Shown: positions 37,255 through 50,080 of the stretch, in pieces
Layout of the letters: each line of letters begins with the position of its first letter
Position numbering within the stretch: the stretch's first letter is position 1
Notes under the pieces: model-generated
Database searches by the model: none
Told to the model about the DNA's origin: nothing
What the model saw: only the letters and a program-made list of their open reading frames with translations
Program-made: the position numbers and the translations under genes
Assembly: GCA_024679065.1 (NCBI GenBank)
Contig: JAGIQG010000022.1
Coordinates: 32,922,001 to 32,986,000, forward strand
DNA length: 64,000 bases
Origin: Sphyrna mokarran
Taxonomy: Eukaryota
Direction of reading: 5' to 3'

Positions 37255-38640
37255 GGCCTGAGTGCAATGTATCTAAGTCTGATGCAATTATGCTGGACCT
37301 CGTTGAGAGCATACCTGGAGTATTGTGTCCAGTTTTACTCTGCTTCCTTTGAAGAAGAGCAGAGAGTGTAACCTAAAAGTTGAGGGGGTTATCCTACGAG
37401 GAAAGGCTGATATACTGAGAGTCTAGAAGAATGAAAAATGATTTCATTGAAAATATAAAATTCTTAAAAGGGTGATGATGGGAGGATATTTCCTCTGGAT
37501 GGAAAACCTGGAATGCAGGATCGTCCCTTCAGGATAAGGGAGTGACCATTTCGGACAGAGATACGAAGAATTCCTTCACGTAGTGGATTGTGACTATTTG
37601 AAATTCTCTAGCCCAGAGGAGAATTAGACTTTTGAGTACTGAGGGAATTGAGGGATATGAGAGAGGATCAGCCATGATCTTATTGAATGGTTGAGCAATC
37701 TCTAACTGAATGTTCTACTCCTACTCCTGTTTCTTTCTTAAAAGAACTAAAATTTTGATGGTAAAACTTTCATACAGCAAGTGGTTAAGATTTGGAATGC
37801 ACTGTATGAGAGTGTGGGGGAGGCAGGTTCACCTGAAGCATTCAAAAGAGAATTGGACAGTTATCTGAAAGGGAAGAATATACTAGATTTTGGAGGAGAG
37901 AAGGCAGGGGAATGGTGGTGAGTCAGTTGTCATTTGGAGAGCTGGTGCAGACGTGATGGGCCAAATAGCTTCCTCCTGCACTGTAACAATTTATGATTCT
38001 GTGGCTAAACATCTCAAGTGGCAAAGATGTTTTATGTATTACACATGTCTGACATAGTACGAACAAATGGCATCAAATATTTGTAGGAAACACAGAAAAG
38101 TACGAATGTCAGTCACGTGCGAATTACCCTGCTTATTTGCATCAAATTCCAGATCTGTTAGATTCCAGATAAATGCATAGATGAGGGACAGGAAATTAAT
38201 CAATCCTTCTGCCTTTTTCCTTCCATTTGTTTGTTTTTACTTTTTTTTATTTCATTTGTTCATTTTCTGAGTTAATGGTTCCAGGGATAAGAATCTTCGG
38301 TCACGTAGACGTGTTGGAGGTTGGGACCATTTTCTTTGGTCCAAAAAAGGCTGAGAGCAAATTTTATATTTGGGATTTAAAATCATGAGGGGTCTGGATG
38401 GCGAGAGAAACTTTTCCCACTTGTGAAAGGATCGAGAATGAGAGGGCAAAATTTAAAATAATTGGCAAAAGAAGCAAACATGATTTTTTTTTTTAAATCT
38501 TGCAGTGAATGTGGGTGCAGGTTTGGAATGCACTACCTGAGGTGGAAGCAAGTTTAGCCAAAGCATTTAGAAAGGCAACCAAACATGTTGAAAAGGAAGA
38601 ATGTCAGAATCACAGGGAGAAGGTAGGACGATGACACTAG
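37255..38640 (+). mobile_element. Cluster of three CR1 3' fragments (about 37255-37740, 37760-38002, 38290-38640)
   Basis: CATACCTGGAGTATTGTGTCCAG (LEYCVQ); tails CTACTCCTACTCCTG and GGGCCAAATAGCTTCCTCCTGCACTGTAAC; AAAATCATGAGGGGTCTGGA. Confidence 0.8.
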
Positions 38641-39563
38641 TAGGGAAAAGACCTTTTGACCTACTTGTCCTCACCATATCTACCTTTTGCAGCTGCATCT
38701 ATCGATGGACAGTGTTGGTAGGTGTAACCACCACACAGTTCTGTGCAGAAGGAGTTCCATCTTAATACCCTCTATTGTGATACAATCACTGTGATAAAAG
38801 GGATAGATTTTGAACTGATCTAGCAACTCAAAACTGGACAACCATGAGGAGCTGTGAGCTATCAGGAGCAGGATTGTATACAATCTGTAACCTCATGACC
38901 TGCATATCTCCCACTCTACCATTGCCATCAAACCAAGAGAATGACTCTAGTTCAATGAAGAGTGCAGATGGGCATGCCAAGAGCAGCACAAGGCATATCT
39001 GAAAATGAGGTGTCATCTGACAAAGCTGCAACATAGGGCTACTTGCATGCCAGACAGCAAAAGTAGCATGCGATAGACAAAGCTCTAAGTGATCTCGACT
39101 AAAGGATCAAGTCTAGGATCTGCAACCCTGCCTTACCCAGTCATAAATGGAGGTGGGCAGTTACTAGGCTTTACAAATATCCTCAATGATAGGAGAACCC
39201 CCATGAAGCAACCTCAGCCAGAATTGCATCTTTCAAGTGCAGAGTTTCCACCACCTAGATCGATAAAGGCATTGGTGCATGTGAGCACTATCACTTGCAA
39301 GTGTACCTCTAGGCCACAAGCCTTCCTTACTTGGAAAAATGTCGCTCTTCTTTCAGTGCTGCTAGTCGGGTCAAGGAGGTCCCTTTTGTGGGCCTGCCAT
39401 GAACTGCAGGGCCACCAGCAGTTCGGGGGGTGGAGCTGGGAGGGGGGAGGGGGGGGGAGTGGAGAGCGGATCACCAGCGTCTTCTTGGGGTAATTAAGGG
39501 ACAAGCGGTAGAAGTGCTGGTCTGGCCAGTGAGTCCTATATCCCATGAACAAATTAAAAAAAA
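38641..39563 (+). mobile_element. Internally deleted shark LINE (19475 family)
   Basis: APE end (LVLT...DS.GR.NHHTV-like), linker TTCAATGAAGAGTGCAG, 3' tail GCTGGTCTGGCCAGTGA...TCCCATGAAC-polyA. Confidence 0.8.
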
Positions 39564-40189
39564 ACAAATTTCTCTTTGAGAGTTAGTGCAGACACAATGG
39601 GCCAAATGGTATTGTCCTGCACTGATACAGTAATCACCAAACTGTTATCAGAATCAGGAATGAAAACTGAGTAGAAATGTTTATGCTGAAACCCATCAGC
39701 ACAGCATATATTCCTTCATTTGTAGAACAATTTCATGTGACCTCTGGCACTAGTAGCTTGCCAGCTTTTAGTTTAATCTTGTGCACATTTTGTTCTTGAA
39801 CTGGATAAATTGTGAACAAGGGTGTGGGGGAGACTGTGGCTAACATTTCATTGCTTTGCTTCTTAAAAGCTTAATGCACATTTTAAAAGCTCTTCAATTC
39901 CTAGTAGTTTGTTCAACAGCATTTTATCAAAAAAAAGTGTTCACTCAGTGCTGGAAAACTGATGGCTGTCCACTTCAGACATTTGGTTAATGCCAGCTCT
40001 CCCAGATTAGGCACAGTGTAGGTTAGAAACAGTAAAACTGTCAGTCCGCTATACGGTCATGTTTCCCCAAGGGATGAGTGAGTCCAATCTGCAAGTTTGA
40101 TCCAGAGTAAAGCCCGTTTTGCAAAGCGTCAACCATGAGTACACTCTGCAACAAGCATAGGTTTCAGCCCTGGAGAGATAATAGAGCAA

Positions 40190-40520
40190 CTTGCAATTAA
40201 AAGGAAATAGCCCCTCACAAACATGCAACAGAGGAAAATAGACACCAAGCTAAAGAGAATCTTAAGACAATGGCCAAAGGTTTAGACCAAGAAGTTGGTT
40301 TTGGGAAAGATCTTGAAGGAGAAGAGCGAGCCAAAGAGCTAGAAGAACTTACCAAATGAATTTCAGAACTTGAATGATGTTGTATGGGTGGAGGGAGATA
40401 CAGACATAGGGAGGGATATGTTCACAAGAAATTTTTAACGCAAGGATTAGGGTTTCTAGTAGGGAATTGGGAGCCATGTTAGGGGTGATGTGTGAGTGGA
40501 CCTGGGTGTGAAATATGATA
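40190..40520 (-). mobile_element. Old L2 3' fragment
   Basis: CAACTTGCAATT...TGGCCAAAGGTTTAGACCAAGAAG...ATCTTGAAGGAG. Confidence 0.55.
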
Positions 40521-42879
40521 AAGGTAACAGTTTGAGCTAATATTCCTGCAAGTAATTTTTGCTTTAGTTTTTAAATATATCTGTGCTTTTACTAAGTTTC
40601 AGCTTTGCGTAGTTATCATTAAATGGTTATTTTAAATGTTAATAAGCAGGTTAATCAGGCAATGATGGCTAGTGTGCTACTTGTTCCATGTTGGACCCCT
40701 ACCTGTATACATAAGATTTGATTGAACCTCCTCCACTTTCCAAGATTGCATCTTGAGCTTGGTTTGATTGAGAAACTTGTGTGCGATTTACCCTCCAATG
40801 TACATCCTAAATCTGACAGAAGTCTCTGTGTTTGTTCGTAGCCAAAAGTATTTACCAGTTTTGGCAGATGTACGTGGTGGCAATGTTCCATGAGTATTCT
40901 GTATTAAAACAGTCAGTGGACTACCTCCAGCTAGTCATGTTCTAGCAGAGAAAATTAATGCATGTTCTGCTGTTCCATGCTCTCATCACAAGCCAGGATG
41001 TAAAGCGTTTTCCTGATTTATTTTCCAAGACTACTTGATGGAGTTTTATTTGACATGTTTTTAAAGCATTATCTTTATTTGATACCTCTGGTTGATCAGG
41101 CATTAAGATCGCCCAATATCAATCCTTAGAGCAAAAGATTCGAAACTTTCTAACAATGTCTTCATGTACTAAGGAAAAACTATAAATCCTTTCCAGTTAC
41201 TGATTACTGAGTACTTACTGCCACAATATTTGCCCTCTAAGAAAGACAGATATTTACAGAGCACTCCTTAACTGACTTTAAAAGTTACTGCACATCAGTA
41301 TTTACCACCAGCAACCCTTGCCCATGTTCCTTTGTCACACTTTTCATGTTGAATCAAAAGCTAAAGTCAGTATCAAATAGAACAAAAATTGTCAGAAGAG
41401 AAATGGAAACCTTTCTGTTTCAAATCTGAGGAAAACAAAACATGCCAGTCTAAATAGCAAATTAAAAAATATTTTTATCAAACTACAATTTTATGTACAA
41501 TTCTATGTTTTATGATGCAATCCTATATGTTTTGTGACTGACACACAACACAGTTTTATATTCTCATATTACACACAATATAATTTAACGCTTAGTATTT
41601 CAATGATTGGGGCGATCTTCCTTGATAATTTTCACAAGGTCCGCAGACCTTTTTTCTCTTGTTTTGTTTCCCAATTGCAGATTTCATCGCTTTGTTCTCT
41701 GTAACTTTCTTGTCCAGTATGCTGTGCTTACAGATCCTGCCCAGTACTTCTGTGTTATTCATTAACTTTCATCCTCTGTCCCAGTTCCAGTGTTTTGTGC
41801 ACCATTCTTAGTTAGCTTGAATCGGGTGATGCCAGTCTCTTAATGGACTGGAATGACAGTCCTGTGATCTGCCAAACTTGCCTTTACATGGAAGTGGTGG
41901 TAACCAGAGCAACTGAAGGGATTGACTGAGTGCATTCAAACCCTTGGATGAGATGACTGGTAATTGTAGCAGATGTAACACAATTCATAGTGAAGGGAAT
42001 CATTTCTCTACAGCCTTACTGATGTTTGCTGGGTAAAGCATTGTTCAAAAGGTTGGGAGCTGTTGTAAACTAAAAGATGAGTCACCCCCACATAGAATTT
42101 TAAATTTGCTTTTTGATTTTAGTTTTCCGTATAACCTCAAGTATGAGACCTGTCCCTTAGAACATTCTAGACCCAATGCGTTCCATCTACCCTGTTTCAG
42201 TTGTGCATATTTGCATGTGAAGATTGATTATTTTTGAACTGTAACTGCCTGTTGTGAGTATGCTCCCCTGACTTGAAAACTACTAAAGCTCCTGCACTGT
42301 CAAATTATTCTGCTAAAGAATTCCAGCCTAACCATACCGGTTTATTTTTGATCGGCTAACGAAAGCTGGAACAAAGTCAATCTCATTCACTTGCCTGAAT
42401 TAAAGAAAATACAAACTTGCATTTCTGTAGCACCTTTGGCCAACTCTAGGCCTTCCAAAAATCCATGCAACCCAACCAATGAACTTGGATATCTGAGTGA
42501 GTAAATGGTGAATTGTACAGCAACTTAACCATGACATAGAGGAACGGTGGAACAGATCCAAGGGACTAAATGCCATCATCCTGTTCCTATCATTTTATGT
42601 CCATTATTGAATGCCAGGTAAATATTGAAAGTGTGCATAATCTCCTCAGCTGAACTCAATGATTCTTTTATTAAAGATACCTTTAGCTGAACCAAACCAA
42701 GCAGAAAGTGATGGGTTTATCAGTGATCTGCGCCGAGCTGGCTGGCCATAGTTATAGGGAAGAGAAATTTTCTCCATTTGGTAGAATTCAAATTGTTGGA
42801 TAATGGAATGTTGCCTTTTTCAGATTTATTTTTCACTTCAGCTGCCTCCATTGGAGCCAAAACCAGGAGGGAGGCACAC

Positions 42880-44155
42880 CTCAGAAAATATCCGTCAGTA
42901 ACAAAGCTGAAAGCAGGCTTGGGAAAACTGCCATGTGAGGAAAATGGACTCTGCTTTGTGGGCACTGGCACCAGCGCTACAGAAAGTGGGAGGTTACATT
43001 GTTGAGATGGTCTACATCTGAATCATGTTGGATTCAGATCACACAACTAGGAATGTAGACGGGGCTTTAAACTAAAGAATTGGAGGAGACAAAGGGCGAA
43101 GTAGTGGAGGGAGGGTAAAGCTTGGGTAAATGTAGCAAATCAAGGCAGGATACCACGATGGTAATATGGGAAATGAGGGGGAAGGGCCAGAGAGATTAAA
43201 CCTCGGAATTAGATATTGAATAGATAACAAAAAGACAAAATATTAGACTGGATGAAAGATTGACTGGCTGGCCAAAAACAGAGACAATGCATAAATGAAT
43301 CTTTGACTGACTGGCAGGATGTGATGAGTTGAGACTCGCTGCGGTCTACGCTGTGGCCTCAACATTTTACCATCCTTTTCAATGATTTGGATGAGGGAGA
43401 AGGAATGGTAGCTAAATTTGCAGCTGACGCAAAGGTCAGTAGTAAAGAGAATGCAGAGAGGTTGCAGATAGATATAGATACGTTCAGTGAATGGGCAAAA
43501 ACCTGACGGAGTGTAATGTGGGAAAATATGAAGTTGTTCGCTTTGGTAGGAAGAATAAAACAGAACGGTATTACTTAAGTGGAGAGCATCTGCATAATTC
43601 TTGAAATGCAGACGATCTAGATGTTCTAGTGCATGAGTCACACGTTGTTAACATGCAGACGAAAGTACTGTAATTAAGGAGGCAAATGAAGTGTTGCCCT
43701 TTAATACGAGGAATTGAACATAAACATACAGGCCATTACTGAGCCCGCATCTTGAAGACTTTGTGCAATTTTGGTCTCTGTATTTATGCAAGCATGTAAA
43801 TGTGTTGGAAGTGGTTCAGAGGAAGTTCTACTAGTTTGATACCAAGAATGAGCAAATATCAGACAAACTGAGCTTGTTTCCATTGGAGTTTAGAAGAGTG
43901 AGCAGTGACTTGTTTGAAGTATATAAGATCCTGAACGATATTGACAAGGTAGACTTGAAAAGAATATTTCTTCTTATGGGTGAATCCAGGGACACTATTT
44001 TAAAATCAGGGGGTTGCCTTCTTAGAACAGGAATGAGGAGAATTTTTTTTCTCTCAAAGGCCTTGGTAATTTTGGAACTCTGCCTCAGAAATGGTGGAAG
44101 CGGGGCCATTGAATGGCTTTAAGGCAGAGGTAGATAGGGAATCAAAGGTTACCAG
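42880..44155 (+). mobile_element. CR1 LINE with an ORF1 esterase remnant joined to the RT C-terminus
   Basis: GATGGTCTACATCTGAAT encodes DGLHLN (SGNH-type ORF1); AAATTTGCAGCTGAC encodes KFAAD (from KFADD); ORF 43874-44122 DLFEVYKIL. Confidence 0.85.
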
Positions 44156-45305
44156 AAGTCCTATTCACTCTTGAGAAGATAGTGGCAAGTTAAAATGGTT
44201 TCACGTTGAAAAGTAGTTTGCAAAGAACTACCCATAGTCCTTTGCTTTGCATATACATAATCCTGCGAGGTCATGCTTTGTTGTTGTATTACATGCATGG
44301 CACATTGAATGCTGAAATGCTGAGGTCATTTTGATTTGATACAAATGCATTCATCATGGTCTTGATGGCAAAAGAAAGTAAACTGAAGAAAAACTGATAT
44401 TTTCACCCACTTGAAAGTCTAAATAGCTCCCGTTTGAAGCAACTACAAAGCATTTGCATTTTACTGCTTACCATAATTGTGCTATATTAACATGACACTT
44501 TGTCACAAAAATGTTCAGACCTTTTTTATCTTCAACCACTCATTATTGTAGTTAGTGTTACACTAACTAGACAGGCGAAAGTAAAACATCTGTTTTCTTG
44601 TCCCTAATTGTCATTTAGTGACCTGTCCCATCTACAAGAAAGTTTGTCATTGATATTATGTGAGTGTAGGATTGATTGGGTTTGATTCTGTTATCCTCTG
44701 TTCCTGATGTAATGAACTGCTTGGCTTCTCTTCTGATGTATGGCCTGGGATATGACCACACCAGACAATCTTTTTAACTATTTTTCACTCATCATAATTG
44801 GACGCTAGTTAAATTTAACGCAGAATTCCCCTCTTAAAAACCTGATTACCAGAGAGTTGCATTGTTTCATCCTATTCGTTTGCATCTTTAATTTATACAA
44901 GACTATCTAAACATTGATTCAATATTCTACATTCAGCTCTCAGTAATATTAACTGAAAACCCAAATGTTTGAAAGAAAGAAATCACGTGTTTGTAACACA
45001 GAAATCAAACCTTCAGCTGTAATTGAACATTTTTGGAATGGAAAGGAGATGGCATTCAAGAAAACAAACTGGGGTTGTCTTCAAACTTGATCACACTTGA
45101 GAGCTGGATTAAATGTCTCAATATTTATCATAATACCATGTGTTGTGCAACATGACTATCCCACCTCTGTCATAGAGGTGATGTTAGAAATCCATAGCAC
45201 AATTTCATGACACCAAGACTTATTATAGAAAATTCAGCAGCTAATTTGAGCACAGCATGATCCTGCAAACAACAATGTGAAACTTACAGGATAAACTTTT
45301 AGGAA

Positions 45306-45613
45306 AGGCATGGTGGCACAGTAGTTAGCACTGTCGCCTCAAGCACCAGGGACTTGGGTTCGTTTCTGGGCTTGGGTCATTGACTGTGTGGAATCTGCAC
45401 ATTCTCACTATGTCCGTGTGAGTTCCCTTGGGGTGCGCCGGTTTTCTTCCAGAGTCTGAAAGATGTGCTAGTTAGGTACATTGGTCATTGCTAAATTCTA
45501 CCTCCATGTACCTGAACAGGCGCTGGAATGTAGCGACTAGGGGATTTTCATAGCAACTTCATTGCAATGTTAATGTAAGGCTACCTGTGATAAATAAATA
45601 AATTAAAATAAAA
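45306..45613 (+). mobile_element. V-SINE with alternative tail
   Basis: TGGCACAGTAG A box, V domain, tail TTTTCATAGCAACTTCATTGCAATGTTAATGTAAGG-(TAAA)n. Confidence 0.9.
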
Positions 45614-45614
45614 A

Positions 45615-45828
45615 GAGCTGGGTAATTGTCCTGGTTAACATTTATCAGTCAATATCACAAGCAAATTATCTAGTCATTTACCTTACCTGGAGACCTTGCC
45701 ATGTACAATTTGATTGCCATAACTGCCTATAATTACAGCATTGACTTCAAAATATATTTCATCAGCTGCCAAATATTAGGACATTTTGAGGATGTAAAGA
45801 TGATTATAAATTCCAAATTCTTTCTTCC
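45615..45828 (+). mobile_element. SacSINE1-like 3' half
   Basis: GTCCTGGTTAACATTTATC...AATTATCTAGTCATT...CTTCAAAAT; colinear with 29800-29990. Confidence 0.6.
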
Positions 45829-46839
45829 TTCCTTTAATCATCCTTTATTCTGCATCATTAGATCTAGAATAATATGATACAGTGCACAAAGAACATTTTT
45901 AAGGTGCTCAGGAAGATAGAACAGGCACTGCAACTGATTCATCATTCTGGAATAAAGTGGAAGAAACTCAGCCTGGGTTCCTGTGACTAATCACTAGTCA
46001 AAACTGCACTTTAAAAAAATTCCAATTAGGATGTCAGATGAGGACAGGTTCCTGTAGGTTGACGCATGACAAGATACCAGGGAAGTAACTGGCATCTCTG
46101 GATCCATGCTTCATTAAACGTCACCAACCACCTTAAGGAAAAGTGAAATGCCTTTGGCATTTTTTTGTAACTTTCTCCTATATCATAGAGTTAAAAGAAA
46201 ATCTGTCGTTTGACAACTTCACACTGTCCAACTTCATTCACTCACCCTTTTTATAGTGAAGTAGGTCACACTAGCTTTTATTTGAATAGCAGTCAAACTT
46301 GGGCTAACAAATGGTAGGCAATAATTGTGTCATACCAAGTTCAGAGTAACAAATTTGAGCAAAAGAAAGCCCATCCATTTCCCCATGACTTTCAATATTA
46401 TCACCATCACTGATTGCAGTAGCTTCAATATTCTATAAGTTCATGATAGTTGATTAGAAGAGGAAATGGACCAATCATAATCATTGCAGTGTAGTATGCA
46501 TGTTCAACAGTGCACTGTAACACTTATTTCAAAGGCATTTTCTTCCTCAGTAATCTCCAAGACGAACAAGAGCAGCATTGTTGTGAGGCTATTATCAGCT
46601 CTAAGTCATACTACCCTGATCTTAACTTAAAAGCCAGATGTCTGCAATTCCCTGCAAAGACCATTGTTAAAGCATCATCACAAAAAAAACTAGTGTTTCA
46701 ATCAGTTCCACCAACCACCCACTTAGTGCAAGTAAATATTGGCAATAAATGCAGTCTCATCAACCTTGCCCATATCCCAAATACAAATAGAATTAAAATA
46801 ACCTTGGCAGGATGATAACAAGTAGCCACATTAATATTA

Positions 46840-48000
46840 AATGTGATATTATGAGTAGGAAAATGGAGTTAAGACTACAATCGGATAAGCTGTGATCTTG
46901 ATAAATGGTGGAGCAGGCTTGATGGGCAGAATGATCTGCTCCTGCTCCTAATGCATCAGTGCAGATGACTGAAATATGAGGCTTTGTAAATAATCCTGAG
47001 GAACAAAGACATGCTGATAAAATGACTGTGAAATGAGTAGTAAAAGTGATTTGTGATTCCATGTCAGTAAACTTTTTTAAAAAAAGGAAGGAAAAGAACA
47101 ATACCGCACAAGAACATGCTCTTCAACCCTCCAAGCCTGTGCCAATCACGCTGTCCTATCTAGACCAACTACTTACATCGCTGTAATTCCCAAATGTTCA
47201 TGTATCTATCCAGATAAGTGTAAAATGTCACTAACATATCACCTCACTTGGCAGTGTTTTCCAAGCCTTCACCGCCCTCTTGTATATAAAAAAAAACTTC
47301 CCCTGCACATCTCTACTGAATCTTTCCCTCTTTATCTTGCACTTTTAGAAATTGTAATAATTATTGTTAGGAGCAGACTGGAGTATGTAAAAATGCAGAG
47401 ATACTTGGAAGTTCAGGGTGGCAAGTTCTTGCAAACAACACCTTAAGTGCTGAAGACCATTGAAAATAGAATGTAGCCCTGGATTTTTTAAGTATAGAAT
47501 AGAAAAATCAAGCTACAGTGATGAATCTTTAATTTCTGAAAGACCATATTTATTGAATTGTATGGTTAGAGGTAGAGTCAGTAGGGATGCTATAAAGTTT
47601 AAAGGAATGCAACTAAAAAGTTGTATTTTATGATACAATTAAGGTTTAATTTAATTCTATGTAAAAGTAAGATCTTGGAAAGAATAGATGGCATAAACCA
47701 TTCCAAATGACCATGGAGCATAGAACATGGGGACACAGACTGAAGGTAAGAAATTTAAAACAGCGAGCAGGAGAAACTTTTTTTGGAAGAGTGTATAGGT
47801 TTGAGGTATGCATTATTCACTGTGTTAGTGACTAACTCAGAGACCATGTCATTGTTTAAGAACTGGTTAGGTAGGTGATGGAACAAAAGGGGGATAAAGG
47901 GATATAGAAACAGGGAGGGCATATTGTTTGTATTAGGTTGACTATTCATGTAAAAAAAATACAAACGTGGATTGGTTGGGCCAGCCAGCTTGATAGCCCC
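46840..48000. mobile_element. Mixed CR1 fragments (+ tail 46840-46952, - 3' end 47100-47345, old + copy 47380-48000)
   Basis: GGAGCAGGCTTGATGGGCAGAATGATCTGCTCCTGCTCC; inverted AAGAACATGCTCTTCAACCCTCCAAGCC; GGGGACACAGACTGAAGG. Confidence 0.65.
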
Positions 48001-48024
48001 ATACACAAACTGCTGCTAAAGTTA

Positions 48025-48190
48025 AGAGTGGTGAGCAGGGCCAAGAGCATTGTTTGTTATTCTCCCTACCCCATCCAAGGACAGACACTGATGCTAATGG
48101 CAGCGCTCTGACTTTATCCAGAGTGGAGTCAGCTAATTCAGTGCAGGCCAGTCATACAGATTTATAAATTCAGTGTTGTACTGAACAGTG
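48025..48190 (-). mobile_element. AmnSINE2-like fragment
   Basis: Inverted GAGTCAGCTAATTCAGTGCAG and TTCTCCCTACC blocks. Confidence 0.4.
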
Positions 48191-49003
48191 TTTGTAATGC
48201 CAGGAAAGCAGATAGCTCTGCAGTTTTTGACAAATTGCACTGGAGTTTTCTATGCAATTCTCACAAACTTATCATAATCTGTGCAATAAGTTTCAAAATC
48301 TTGAGCGCATTCAGCAGAAGTTGGGTGGTCTTTTGCACTAATTCTAAAAACATTACTGCAGAAATGGACCTCTCCCACACAAACAGCTATGCCTCCAATC
48401 ATCATTGGGAGTTTTCATCAATTGCAGTGGTTTGCAGGTTTTTGTGGAGGCTCGAAAATTAAGCTGATTGTTTTGGATGCAAGTTTTAATAATGGCTTGA
48501 TTTTGTTTTTAATGTTAAGGAGCTGACTACTGTGCTCCAATATAACAAAAAATAATATTATGTATTTTTTAAAAGTCATTTCCATTAAATTTAAAATTGG
48601 ATTGACAATGTAATTAAAATGCTCCTTTGTTGTCATAAAGTTTTTCTGTTGTATGACTTAAACTGCATCAAATTACCACTTTTAGATATATCAAAGAACT
48701 CAAAATATTTGTAAGAAAATGCCTTTTAAACACGTGATCACAGGTTCATTGTTGGTTTGAATGGAAATTCAGTAGATCAGGGCTAATTTTCAAAACTAAT
48801 GCAATGTTGGGCACAGCTTGCATTGGAATTGGCAATTGTGCAGAAAGCAGAAGCTCTGCTGTATAATGCTTTCTACATCACAGGAACTATTGAGTAGCTG
48901 CAGGCTGGATGCTTTGAATTTATCCCAAATTCCACACCCAGCACATAATCTGTGGGAAGGATCAAGGTCAGAATATAATAATACTAAATAAGTAAATGTC
49001 CAC

Positions 49004-49260
49004 AACAAAACAGAAAATGCTGGAGAATCTCAGTAGGTCTGACAGCACCTGTGGAGAGAGAATATAACCAATGTTTCAAGTCAGGGTGATTCTTCATCAG
49101 ACTGATGACCAGGAAAATCAGACAAGATTTGTACTGTTGAGGGGAAGTTAGGAGGCTGTAATTGATAGGAATAGTGTAGATAAAAGGAATGTAAAGGGTG
49201 ATGATAAAGGCTGAGAATGGTGCTAAGAGTGTCCATTAAAAGGTCAGAATGTGTAAATAG
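49004..49260 (-). mobile_element. Penelope-like terminal region with decayed hammerhead
   Basis: AAAACAGAAAATGCTGGAGAATCTCAGTAGGTCTGACAGCACCTGTGGAGAGAG is the inverse of the 26605-26650 block; minus strand CTGATGA...GAAACATT. Confidence 0.8.
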
Positions 49261-49511
49261 AATGAAGATGCAGAGTATCTGTGATGTGCATTATTAATTC
49301 TTTCTTCTCTATCTACATCACTTTATATTTAAGCACAGTGCATCTGCATACTGATAGAAACTTGTAGCTTTCAGATATTTCCAGGTGTAAATTGGGTTAC
49401 GATGTTTGCAAAAATATGTAATTGACCAGTATTATAATGAGAAAAAGAACTAAGTATCAGTTTGTGCTCACCGGGATGTGAGATTTGTCAAACCACATTT
49501 AACTGAATATT

Positions 49512-50080
49512 TCAACAATAACAACAAATTGAATTATCTACATCTTTTAGCAAAATTTGACATTGAGCCATGAAAGGTAATATTAGGGCAGGTGGCCAGA
49601 AGTCTAGCCAAAGACAGGTTTTAAGGAATATCTTCAAGGAAGTAAGTGAGATAGACTGGGAGGCAATCCCAGAGGGCCAAGGAAGTTGAAGGCATAGCTA
49701 CCAATAATGGGGAAGTTATTTTCAAGAGTGCCAAAGAAACTAGAATTGGATGAGGGTAGACATTTCAGAGGGTTGGAGGAAATTAAAGATAGGAGATAAG
49801 ATCGTGGAGGATTTGAAAATGCAAATGAGAATTTTTAAAGCCAGATGTTGATTTGATAATGTGGTAGTACCCGTCAGCAGATATGACGGACGAACAAGAC
49901 TTGGTGTGAGGACCAGAGCAGGAGATTTTTGACTGAAGCTTGTAGAAGAAGGAACTTGGAGATACCAGCTAGCAATGCCTTGGAATAGTCCAACCTTGAG
50001 GTAACAAAGACATGAATGAGGCTTTCAGTAGCAGTGTGATCTGGAAACGTGACAGAGGTGGAAATAGCAGTATTAGTGAT
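49512..50080 (-). mobile_element. L2-clade LINE 3' part
   Basis: ORF 49874-50110 ATESLIHVFVTSRLDYSKALLAG. Confidence 0.85.
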
